Positions 33,705 to 41,587 of a stretch of DNA of 64,000 bases are shown piece after piece. The notes beneath the pieces were generated by a model. It saw only the letters and a list, made by a program, of their open reading frames with translations. It was not told the origin of the DNA and made no database searches. Where the stretch lies: NCBI GenBank assembly GCA_035573915.1, contig DATLZQ010000019.1, positions 1,573 to 65,572 of the forward strand, given 5' to 3'. The stretch comes from Actinomycetota bacterium. GTDB lineage: Bacteria; Actinomycetota; UBA4738. The first letter of the stretch is position 1. Every line of letters starts with the position of its first letter. The position numbers and the translations under genes are program-made.

Positions 33705-34398
33705 GGGGGTCTCCTTCCCCGTCCTCCGCCCCGCTGCGGCGGCGGAGTTCGCGGAAGAACTCCTCGAGCTCCACCCACACCTGTTCGCCGCCGCCGAAGC
33801 CCTTCCAGCTCCGCCGCACCCTGCCCACGAGCTCGTAGCAGGCGTCGATGGGGACCAGGTACCCCTCGAAGCGGTCCCCCACCTTGCGCACGAGGAGCGC
33901 CTCCACGTCGGGGGCCAGGTCCCCCACGTCGGGGTTGGCCCGGAGGACCTCCTCCCAGGTCCCCACGTCCAGGAGCGACTCGGTAGCCCCCCCTGGGCCC
34001 GGGTAGAAGGCCACCAGCCTAGACAGCGAGCTGTTGAGGAACAGGAAGGCCAGGTCCACGGGGATCTGCAGCGCCTCCCACTGGGCCTGGGACAGCGCCA
34101 TGGCCGGTCGGTATCGGTACCGGTCCGGGACGGCCCGGTACTTGCCCTGGGCCGCCCCCTCGTGCGTGAACAAGAGGTAGCAGGCCCGGCACGTGCAGAG
34201 GAGCTTGCGGGTCTCCACGTTGACCACGTGCCCGTGTTCCTCTGGGATGCCTTCCCCGCACATCTCGCAGAGCTCGCCCGGGGCGGGTCGCTCCCTCGGC
34301 TGGCGGAAGCGCCGCAGGGCCTGCACAGCCCGAGGCCCGCCTCCCCCCGGCCCGAACGACGCCACCGGGGCGGACCCCGTCGGCCGCTCCCCGGTCAC
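33697..34398 (-). CDS. Conserved hypothetical protein with CxxC...CxC cluster (ELCEMCGEGIP...CTCRAC)
   Basis: About 233 aa from GTG 34398. Four Cys in a metal-binding arrangement. GTGA-coupled to the upstream NifU-like gene. Confidence 0.5.
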   Translation of the reverse strand: MTGERPTGSAPVASFGPGGGGPRAVQALRRFRQPRERPAPGELCEMCGEGIPEEHGHVVNVETRKLLCTCRACYLLFTHEGAAQGKYRAVPDRYRYRPAMALSQAQWEALQIPVDLAFLFLNSSLSRLVAFYPGPGGATESLLDVGTWEEVLRANPDVGDLAPDVEALLVRKVGDRFEGYLVPIDACYELVGRVRRSWKGFGGGEQVWVELEEFFRELRRRSGAEDGEGDPRA

Positions 34399-35282
34399 GA
34401 CCCCACCCCCGTCGGGAGCGCCACCTTCCACCCGCCTCGCTCGGGGAGCAGGGGAAGGGGCTCGAGGTGCAGGTCCTCGCGGTCTGGCGACCGCCCGGCC
34501 AGCTGGACGTCGTAGCGCTCTCCGCACCCGCAGCGGAGGAGCCTCCCCTCGAGCCGGGCCCCCGTCAGCTCCCCCCCGCACCCCGGGCAGCGGTTCCGGT
34601 AGGCGTAGAGGTGCCCCTCGGCGCTGCACAGGAGGACCGGCACGCCCCCGGGCTCCACGGCCCGGGTCTCCCCCGGCAGCAGGCCGTGCAGGCCCTCCAG
34701 GACCACCCAGCCCCCCGCGGCCTCCGGGGAGGGAGCCTCACGGCGGGCGGCGCCCAGGGGGGCCACCTGGAGCAGGGACGGCCCGGCCGCTTCCACCATC
34801 CCCTCCACCTCCACCCCAGCCACCTCGGGAGCGGCCTCCTGGACGGCCCGCTCCAGGGCCAGCTTGACCGTCACCACGGAGGACGGGCAGCCGTGGCAGC
34901 TCCCCTTCAGGCGGAGCCGCACCACCCCCGCCTCGTCCACGCCCAGGAACTCAACGCCCCCAGCGTGGGACCCGAGGTACGGGCGGACCCGGTCCAGGGC
35001 TCCCTGGACGCGCTCCTCCAGGGGGATGGGGTGGAGATCGTGGACCAACAGGAGCCCGGCCACGGCCGGCTCCTCGGCCAGGCGGCGCAGGACCTCCTCC
35101 CCGCCCGGCGCCTCCCGCAGGACCTCCACGATCCGGGTCAGGCCCGCCCCGTAGAGGTCGACCAGGAGCCGGACGAGCTGCTCGGCCTTCTGCCAGACGT
35201 CCGGTCCCCCCGCCTGCCGGAGCTCCTCCAGCAGGGACTCGATCCGCTGGCCCGTCTGCCCGACGTCCCGGCCCTCTGCCAT
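34395..35282 (-). CDS. NifU-like Fe-S cluster domain protein with additional C-terminal Cys-rich (Rieske-like?) segment
   Basis: NifU C-terminal-domain signature LKGSCHGCPSSVVTVKLALERAV. C-terminal CSAEGHLYAYRNRCPGCGG...CGCG. Confidence 0.6.
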   Translation of the reverse strand: MAEGRDVGQTGQRIESLLEELRQAGGPDVWQKAEQLVRLLVDLYGAGLTRIVEVLREAPGGEEVLRRLAEEPAVAGLLLVHDLHPIPLEERVQGALDRVRPYLGSHAGGVEFLGVDEAGVVRLRLKGSCHGCPSSVVTVKLALERAVQEAAPEVAGVEVEGMVEAAGPSLLQVAPLGAARREAPSPEAAGGWVVLEGLHGLLPGETRAVEPGGVPVLLCSAEGHLYAYRNRCPGCGGELTGARLEGRLLRCGCGERYDVQLAGRSPDREDLHLEPLPLLPERGGWKVALPTGVGS

Positions 35283-35365
35283 GCCTGGGTCCGCACCCCC
35301 CAGCTCGAGGGGAGGCGGGGGGAGCCTCGAGGCTCCCCCCGACCGCCCCGGACGGTCCTTTCTCC

Positions 35366-37141
35366 CTAGTACGGCATCTGCACCCCGGTCGGCGAGTGCA
35401 CCTGGCGCACCACCTTGCCCTTCCCGAGGTACATGTGGACCCCGCAGGGCAGGCACGGGTCAAAGCTCCGCACCGCCCGCATGATGTCGATCCCCTTGAA
35501 GTTCTCCGGCGGGTTCTCCTCGAAGATCGGCGTGTTCTGCACCGCGTCCTCGTAGGGCCCGGGCGTCCCGAAGTCGTCCCGGGGGCTCGCGTTCCAGGGC
35601 GTGGGCGGGTAGGGGTGGTAGTTCGCGATCTTGCCGCCCCGGATCACCATGTGGTGGGAGAGGACCCCCCGCACGGCCTCGGTCCAGCCGCAGCTAATGG
35701 CCTCCTCGGGGACCTTGAACGGGGTCCAGGTCTTCGTGTTGCCCTTCCGGACCTCCTCCAGGGCCTTCTCCACGAAGTAGTAGGCCGCGGCGCAGGCGTA
35801 GGCCTGGAAGTAGGTCCGGGCCCGGTCCCGCTCGATGGCGTTGGACCACTTGGGGATCTTCCACTCGAACGTCACCTCGGGCTTGGTGGCCGTCTTGGGG
35901 AGGGTGATGAGCACGCTCTGGCCCGTGGCCTTGACGTAGCCGATGTCCACGAGGCCGTTCAGGGCCGTGGACCAGAGCCGGGCGATGGGCCCCCCTCCCG
36001 TGTCTAGCGCCAGGTGGTCCTTGCCGTCGAACCACCGGGGCGAGTACACCCACGTGTACTTGTTCTCGAAGTCCCGCTTTTGGGGCTTGGGGATCGTGTG
36101 CTGGTTCCAAGGGTGCCGCACGTCCACCGGGTTGCCCAGCGGGTCGTGGGTGACGAACACCTCCTGGCCGTCCTCCGCCCAGTCCTGGTAGTAGGAGCTG
36201 CGGGAGAAGATCCGGATGCCCAGGTTGATCTGGACCAGGTCGTTGGTGACGAGCTTGCCGTCCACGACCACCCCGGGCGTCACGAACATCTTCCGACCCC
36301 ACTCGCTCATGTGTTCGTATTTGAAGTCGCAGTGCTCGGGGTCGTTGAGCGCTCCCCAGCACCCCAGCAGAACCCGGCGCTGCCCGACCTGCTCGTAGCC
36401 CGGGAGGGCCTGGTAGAAGAAGTCGAACAGGTCGTCGTGCATGGGCACCGCCCGCTTCATGAACTCCGCGTAGCGAGCGAGCCGGGTGAGGTAGTCGGTG
36501 AACAGCTGCACCGTGGCCACGGTCCCCACCCCGCCCGGGTACAACGTCGAGGGGTGGACGTGGCGCCCCTCCATCAGGCAGAACATCTCGCGCGTGTAGC
36601 GGGAGACGTGCAGGGCCTCCCGGTAGAACTCCCCTTCCAGGGGGTTGAGGGCCCGCATGATGTCCCCGATCGTCCGGTACCCGTGGTCGGCGGCGTGGGG
36701 GGCCTCGGTCCGGTTCGCGCGCTCGAGGACTCCGGGGTTGGTCTCCCGGACCATCTTCTCGCAGAAGTCCACCCCCACCAGGTTCTCCTGGAAGATGTTG
36801 TGGTCGAACATGTACTCGGCCGACTCACCGAGGTTGATGATCCACTCCCCCAGGTGCGGGGGGGCCACCCCGTAGGCCATGTTCTGGTTGTACACCGAGC
36901 AGGTGGCGTGGTTGTCGCCGCAGATCCCGCAGATCCGGCTGGTGATGAAGTGGGCGTCGCGGGGGTCCTTTCCCCGCATGAAGATGCTGTAGCCGCGGAA
37001 CACCGACGAGGTGCTGAAGCACTCGAGGACCTTCTTCTGCTTGAAGTCCACCTTGGCGTAGATCCCCAGGCTCCCCACGATCCTCGTGATCGGGTCCCAG
37101 GCCATCTCGATGACGCCGTCCTTGGCCTTCGTGACCGCCAT
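35366..37141 (-). CDS. hhyL: [NiFe]-hydrogenase large subunit, group 1h/5 (high-affinity Hhy type)
   Basis: N-terminal L1 motif TSRICGICGDNH and C-terminal L2 motif SFDPCLPCGVH, 591 aa. These are the motifs that define actinobacterial group 5/1h enzymes. Confidence 0.9.
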   Translation of the reverse strand: MAVTKAKDGVIEMAWDPITRIVGSLGIYAKVDFKQKKVLECFSTSSVFRGYSIFMRGKDPRDAHFITSRICGICGDNHATCSVYNQNMAYGVAPPHLGEWIINLGESAEYMFDHNIFQENLVGVDFCEKMVRETNPGVLERANRTEAPHAADHGYRTIGDIMRALNPLEGEFYREALHVSRYTREMFCLMEGRHVHPSTLYPGGVGTVATVQLFTDYLTRLARYAEFMKRAVPMHDDLFDFFYQALPGYEQVGQRRVLLGCWGALNDPEHCDFKYEHMSEWGRKMFVTPGVVVDGKLVTNDLVQINLGIRIFSRSSYYQDWAEDGQEVFVTHDPLGNPVDVRHPWNQHTIPKPQKRDFENKYTWVYSPRWFDGKDHLALDTGGGPIARLWSTALNGLVDIGYVKATGQSVLITLPKTATKPEVTFEWKIPKWSNAIERDRARTYFQAYACAAAYYFVEKALEEVRKGNTKTWTPFKVPEEAISCGWTEAVRGVLSHHMVIRGGKIANYHPYPPTPWNASPRDDFGTPGPYEDAVQNTPIFEENPPENFKGIDIMRAVRSFDPCLPCGVHMYLGKGKVVRQVHSPTGVQMPY

Positions 37142-37188
37142 GGCTGGTGCCTCCTCGACTCTTGACCGCTTTCCCTACCGCGGGCCGC

Positions 37189-38253
37189 CTACCAGGTCTT
37201 CTTGAAGCCCGTAAGGAGCTCCGTCCCCCTCTTGCGCCACTTGGGCTCCTCGTCCACGGTCTTGAGCGTGATGCTCCGCAGGCTCCGGATGACCGTGCCG
37301 TACAGCCCACTGGCCGCCGTGGAGACCTTGCTCCCCGGGGGCTCCTCCATGAAGGGCATGAACTTGTCGGGGAACCCGGGCATGGTGCACGCGATGCAGA
37401 TCCCGCCCACGTTCGGGCACCCCCCGATCCCGTTGATCCAGCCCCGCTTGGGGACGTTGCACTTCACCACGGGGCCCCAGCACCCCAGCTTCACCAGGCA
37501 CTTGGGGGAGCCGTACTCCGTCGCGAAGTCGCCCTGCTCGTAGTAGCCGGCCCGGTCGCAGCCCTCGTGGACGGTAGCCCCGAACAGCCACGCCGGCCTC
37601 AGCCCCTCGTCCAGGGGGATCATGGGCGCCTGCCCCGCCACCTGGTAGAGGAGGTAGAGGAGGGTCTCGGCCAGGTTGTCAGGGTGGATGGGGCAGCCCG
37701 GGACGTTCACGATCGGGATCCCCGCCTTGGACCGCCAGTTCCAGCCCAGGTAGTCGGCCACGCCCATGGCCCCCGTGGGGTTGCCGGCCATGGCGTGGAT
37801 TCCCCCGTAGGTGGCGCACGTCCCCACCGCCACCACCGCCGTGGCCTTGGGGGCCAGGCGGTCCAGCCACTCGCTGGTGGTCATGGGCTGGCCGGTCTCG
37901 GGGTTGTTCCCGAACCCGCACCAGTAGCCCTCCCGCTTGATGGCCTCGTTCGGGATGGAGCCCTCCACCACCAGCACGAAGGGCTCCAGCTCCCCCCGGT
38001 CGGCCCTGTGGAACCACTCGATGAACGTGTCGGCGCCCTGCTCGGGCCCGCACTCGAAGTCGATGAGGGGCCAGTGGACCTGAATCCTGGGCAGCCCCGG
38101 GAGGGCCCCTAGGACGATCTCTTCGATGCTCGGCTGGGTAGCCGCGGTCAGGGCCACGGAGTCCCCGTCGCAGCTGAGCCCGGCGTTGATCCAGAGGATG
38201 TGGAGGACCTGCTCCCCGGCCTTGGTTCCCGCTTCCGCGACCGCCGTCGCCAT
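37189..38253 (-). CDS. hhyS: [NiFe]-hydrogenase small subunit, group 1h/5
   Basis: The translation ILWINAGLSCDGDS...AVGTCATYGGIH...GCP...CIACTMPGFPDKF carries the Cys ligands of the proximal/medial/distal FeS clusters. No Tat signal was evident, consistent with group 5. Confidence 0.9.
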   Translation of the reverse strand: MATAVAEAGTKAGEQVLHILWINAGLSCDGDSVALTAATQPSIEEIVLGALPGLPRIQVHWPLIDFECGPEQGADTFIEWFHRADRGELEPFVLVVEGSIPNEAIKREGYWCGFGNNPETGQPMTTSEWLDRLAPKATAVVAVGTCATYGGIHAMAGNPTGAMGVADYLGWNWRSKAGIPIVNVPGCPIHPDNLAETLLYLLYQVAGQAPMIPLDEGLRPAWLFGATVHEGCDRAGYYEQGDFATEYGSPKCLVKLGCWGPVVKCNVPKRGWINGIGGCPNVGGICIACTMPGFPDKFMPFMEEPPGSKVSTAASGLYGTVIRSLRSITLKTVDEEPKWRKRGTELLTGFKKTW

Positions 38254-38312
38254 TCTGCCTCACCTCCCGGCTCTCCCGCTCAGAAGCCTCGTCCCTTCGC
38301 TAGCCCCTCTCC

Positions 38313-38991
38313 TCAGACCGTCACCTCCAGTCGCTCCAGGGCCACCTGGGTCAGCTCCCACAGGACGTGGTACAGGGTCGTCTGCGCTTCCTGGATCCGG
38401 TGCACCGACGACGAGGGCACCACGAACAGGTACTCGATGGTGTCGACCTCCGCCATCCGCCCCCCCTCGTAGCCCGCCAGCCCCACGGTGAGGAGCCCCC
38501 GACGGCTGGCCTCCTCGAAGGCCCGGATCAGGTTCTCGGAGTTCCCGCTCGTGGAGAGGCCCAGAGCGATGTCGCCCTTGCGGCCGAAGGCCGCGATCTG
38601 GCGGGCGAACACCACCTCGAAGCCAATGTCGTTGGAGAGGGCGGTGACCACGGCGATGTCGCTGGTGAGGGAGAGGGCGGGGAGCGGCCGGCGCCCCTCA
38701 GGCGGGTGGAGGAAGAGGGTGGCCACGTCCTGGGCGTCCGTGCTACTCCCGCCGTTCCCGAACGAGAACAGCTTCCCGCCGGCAGCGAACGACCGGGCCA
38801 TGGCCTCCGCACAGGCCGCGAGGCGCTCCCCGTACCGCTCGAGCACCCGTTCCCGGAGGCCCACGATCTCGTTGGCCTTCTCCACCGTGGACCGCCTCAC
38901 CTGCTCGACCACCGCCTCCACGTCGGTGGTGCCGGCGTAGAGGAACGGGTAGAGGGACTCGATCCCGGCGGAGGTCCCGGGCTCCTCCATC
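38313..38991 (-). CDS. SIS-domain protein (GmhA/DiaA-like sugar-phosphate isomerase fold)
   Basis: ...GGKLFSFGNGGSSTDAQDVATLF...LGLSTSGNSENL... Operon-internal. Confidence 0.65.
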
Positions 38992-39250
38992 ACCCCTCTC
39001 CCCTCCGCTCTAGGACGGCGATGGCCTCCTTGGCGTGGACGAGGACGGTGTCCCCCACCCCCGCCTCTACCAGGGCCACGCTCACCTCCTCCACGCCGGC
39101 CCCGGTGTCCACCAGGGCCATCCCGCCCCCCGTGAGCTCGAGGACCCTCACGGGTACCGCCTCGTCGGAGCACGTGACGCAGACGTCGTCGTGGCACTCG
39201 GGGACCGAGCGCCGGGGCCGGGGGGACAGCGGGAGCTCCCTGGCGGTCAC
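38990..39250 (-). CDS. HypC/HupF-like small protein lacking the canonical N-terminal Met-Cys
   Basis: Alignable by eye to HypC over ...CVTCSDEAVPVRVLEL..MALVDTGAGVEEVSVALVEAGVGDTVLVHAKEAIAVL. The coupled GTG start (GTGA) gives an N-terminus of VTARELP... The internal Val preceding Cys is GTC, so no Met-Cys start is available. Confidence 0.45.
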   Translation of the reverse strand: MTARELPLSPRPRRSVPECHDDVCVTCSDEAVPVRVLELTGGGMALVDTGAGVEEVSVALVEAGVGDTVLVHAKEAIAVLERRGEG

Positions 39251-39876
39251 CCCCCGATCACCTCCGGCCCCAGGATCCCCGGCTGCTCGAAGAAGACGTG
39301 CACGAGCTCCCACAGGATGTGGTAGGCGGTCACGTGGACCTCCTTCACCACCTGGGGGTCGTCGGACCGGACCACGATGGCGTGGTCCACGGCGGGGCTG
39401 GCCCCAATGGGGCCCCCGTCCCCGCCGGTCAGCGCCACGGTGAGCAGGCCCATCTCGTGGGCCACCTCGAGCCCCCGGAGCACGTTTCGGCACCGCCCGT
39501 CCGAGGACACCCCCAGGGCGATGTCCTGGGGAGCCGCCAGGTAGCGGAGCTGGTGGGCGAAGACCTCGTCGAACCCGGCCCGGTTGGCCACTCCGGTCAC
39601 GGTGGCCACATCGTTGGTGAGCGAGATGGCCGGGAGGGCCCGCTTCCCCACGATGACGGGGTGGACGAACTCAACGGAGATGTGCTGGGCGTCGGTCGTG
39701 GGCCCACCGTTCCCGAAGACGATGAGCTTGCCGCCCCGGTGGAACCGGAGGGCCATGTCGTGACAGGCCCTGGCTACGAGGTGAGCATCTTGGGCCAGCC
39801 CCCTCCCCGCGCCCACCCGACGGTCGAAGGCGGCCACTGCCGCCGCCCTGATCCCCTCCGAGAGCCGCTGGCTCAT
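39247..39876 (-). CDS. Second SIS-domain protein (paralog of 38313-38991)
   Basis: ...GGKLIVFGNGGPTTDAQHISVEF...LGVSSDGRCRNV... First gene of the minus-strand hydrogenase operon. Confidence 0.65.
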   Translation of the reverse strand: MSQRLSEGIRAAAVAAFDRRVGAGRGLAQDAHLVARACHDMALRFHRGGKLIVFGNGGPTTDAQHISVEFVHPVIVGKRALPAISLTNDVATVTGVANRAGFDEVFAHQLRYLAAPQDIALGVSSDGRCRNVLRGLEVAHEMGLLTVALTGGDGGPIGASPAVDHAIVVRSDDPQVVKEVHVTAYHILWELVHVFFEQPGILGPEVIGG

Positions 39877-39910
39877 CCGTCCGCTCCCTCAGCCAGGCTG
39901 GGCAGCCAGC

Positions 39911-39965
39911 AATATACCCTCGTGCGGGCACGGCGCGCAACTTCTGTCCGGCCGGTGTCCGGACA
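39911..39965 (-). promoter_or_regulatory. Putative promoter of the hydrogenase operon (-35 TTGCGC, 18-nt spacer, -10 TATATT) with TGTCCGG direct/inverted repeats immediately upstream
   Basis: Read on the minus strand: TATATT at 39916-39911, TTGCGC at 39940-39935, and tgtccgg-ccgg-tgtccggaca at 39945-39965. A second pair of palindromic units CTCCCGGGGAGC / TTCCCCGGGGAGG lies at 39984-40007. Confidence 0.35.
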
Positions 39966-40138
39966 GGACCGCGGTCTCCTCATCTCCCGGGGAGCTTCCC
40001 CGGGGAGGCCGCAGAGACCTTCGGTCAAGCTCTGGAGGGCAAGAGGGGGCCAGCGGCGGCCGAGGCATCTTCTGTCCCCGAGGGGGAAATGATTGATACG
40101 CTACGTACGGACCACGGCAGGCGGCCGCGGTCCCGGAG

Positions 40139-40654
40139 GTGCGCGTGGCACGGCAAGGGACGATTGCGGGGGAGCAGGTCGACGTCCAGGTCCACCCGGT
40201 GGTGGTGGTCTCCCGGACGTTCCCGGCCCGCCCGGCGTCCATCCCCGACATCCGCCGGTTCGTCCAGGACATGGTCGGTGAGAGCCCATTGAGCGAGGAA
40301 GGGGCTCGGAGCCTCGTGGAGGCCGTCTCCCACGCGCTGCTCGAGGCGGCGGGCCCCGGCGGCACCCTCCAGATCTCCTTCCGCGTCTTCCCCGACAGCG
40401 TCGAGGTGGACGTGCTGCGCAGCACCGTGCGAGGCTTCGCCGAGTCCCTGCCCATCCGGTGGCCCGAGGAGACCTCGTTCGCCACGTGGATGGGCGAGCT
40501 CCTCAGGCGGGAGGGCCTCACCCAGGAGGCGGCGGCCCGCCAGCTCGGGGTGTCCGTCCGGACCATCGGGCGGTGGGTCCGGGGGGACACCAAGCCCCGG
40601 ATGCGAGAGCTCCGTCGGATCCTCGAGGTCTTCGGCCAGGTCCCCCCGACGTGA
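40139..40654 (+). CDS. Regulator: N-terminal anti-sigma-factor-like HATPase (RsbW/serine-kinase fold) fused to C-terminal XRE-type HTH
   Basis: N-terminal ...VSRTFPARPASIPDIRRFVQDMVGE...GGTLQISFRVFPDSVEVDVL (HATPase_c_2-like). C-terminal LTQEAAARQLGVSVRTIGRWVRGDTKPRMRELRRILEVF (HTH_XRE). Divergent from the hydrogenase operon. The stop overlaps the ygfZ start (GTGA). Confidence 0.55.
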   Translation: MRVARQGTIAGEQVDVQVHPVVVVSRTFPARPASIPDIRRFVQDMVGESPLSEEGARSLVEAVSHALLEAAGPGGTLQISFRVFPDSVEVDVLRSTVRGFAESLPIRWPEETSFATWMGELLRREGLTQEAAARQLGVSVRTIGRWVRGDTKPRMRELRRILEVFGQVPPT

Positions 40655-41580
40655 GGGCCGCTCGAGGCGGAGGCCCGGAGACCGGGGCCGGGCCCGACGG
40701 GGCGGAGCTCCTGGCCGCGGGCAAGGCCTTCGTCGACCTCTCCTCCTGGCGCAAGGTCGGGGTCTCGGGGACGGAGGCCCTGAGCTGGCTCCAGGACCTC
40801 GTCACCGCCGACCTCCGGGACCTCGCCCCCGGGCGGGCCCGCCAGGCCCTCCTCCTCTCCCCCACGGGCCGGGTCCGGGCGGCCTTCACCGTGGCCGTGC
40901 CCGGCGGGAGCGTCCTGCTCCTCCAGGACCCCGCCCAGCCGTCCGTGGGGGACCTCCTGGCCCCGTACGTGCTCTCCTCCGACGTGCGCCTGGACGACCG
41001 CACCGAGGAGCTGGCCCTGTTCGCCTTCCCCGGCCTGGAGGCCGAGCCGTCGGCCCCCGGCACGGCGGCCTCCTCCCCCTCCTGCCTGGGGGCCGGGGTG
41101 GACCTCCTGGCCCTGGCCGAGGACCACGACTCCCTCCTCGCCTCGCTCTCCCGGGCCTACCGGCTGGCCGGGCCCGAGGACCTCGAGGTGTGGCGGGTCC
41201 GGGCCGGCCTCCCCCGCCTGGGGGTGGACGTGACCGAGGAGGACCTCCCGTGGGAGGGCGGCCTGGAGGGGGCCGTGGCCCTGGACAAGGGCTGCTACCT
41301 CGGACAGGAGGCGGTGGCCCGGGTCCGAAACCTGGGCCACCCCCGACGGCTCCTCCTGGCCCTGGAGGCCGACGCCCCGGTGGCCGCGGGCGAGCCGGTG
41401 GTGGCCGAGGCGGACGAGGTGGGGAGGGTCACGAGCGCGGCCCCCGCCCCCGGCGGGACCGGCACCCTCCTCCTCGCCCGCGTGCGGTGGGAGGCCCGCG
41501 ACCTCCCCCTCCGGACCCGGGGCGGGACGGAGCTCCGGCCCCGGCCGGCCGCTGCTCCCCGCGGGGCGGCCGGCCGATGA
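40651..41580 (+). CDS. ygfZ: Folate-binding YgfZ/GcvT-family protein (Fe-S cluster repair/tRNA modification-associated)
   Basis: Conserved KGCYLGQE motif (LDKGCYLGQEAVARV) and GcvT-like N-terminal barrel. The start is taken at the coupled GTG 40651. Confidence 0.65.
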   Translation: MRAARGGGPETGAGPDGAELLAAGKAFVDLSSWRKVGVSGTEALSWLQDLVTADLRDLAPGRARQALLLSPTGRVRAAFTVAVPGGSVLLLQDPAQPSVGDLLAPYVLSSDVRLDDRTEELALFAFPGLEAEPSAPGTAASSPSCLGAGVDLLALAEDHDSLLASLSRAYRLAGPEDLEVWRVRAGLPRLGVDVTEEDLPWEGGLEGAVALDKGCYLGQEAVARVRNLGHPRRLLLALEADAPVAAGEPVVAEADEVGRVTSAAPAPGGTGTLLLARVRWEARDLPLRTRGGTELRPRPAAAPRGAAGR

Positions 41581-41587
41581 ACGAGGG

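Noticed and set aside
35396-38263. Plus-strand ORFs (36014-37165, 37147-38112) and alternative minus frames over the hydrogenase subunit genes
   Set aside because: Antisense or overlapping shadows. The minus-strand hhyL/hhyS frames contain the Cys ligand motifs.
38990-39250. Calling the small ORF a second bona fide hypC with start at the internal Val-Cys
   Set aside because: The Val preceding CVTCSD is encoded by GTC, not GTG, so there is no Met-Cys N-terminus. I kept it as HypC-like only, with the GTGA-coupled start.
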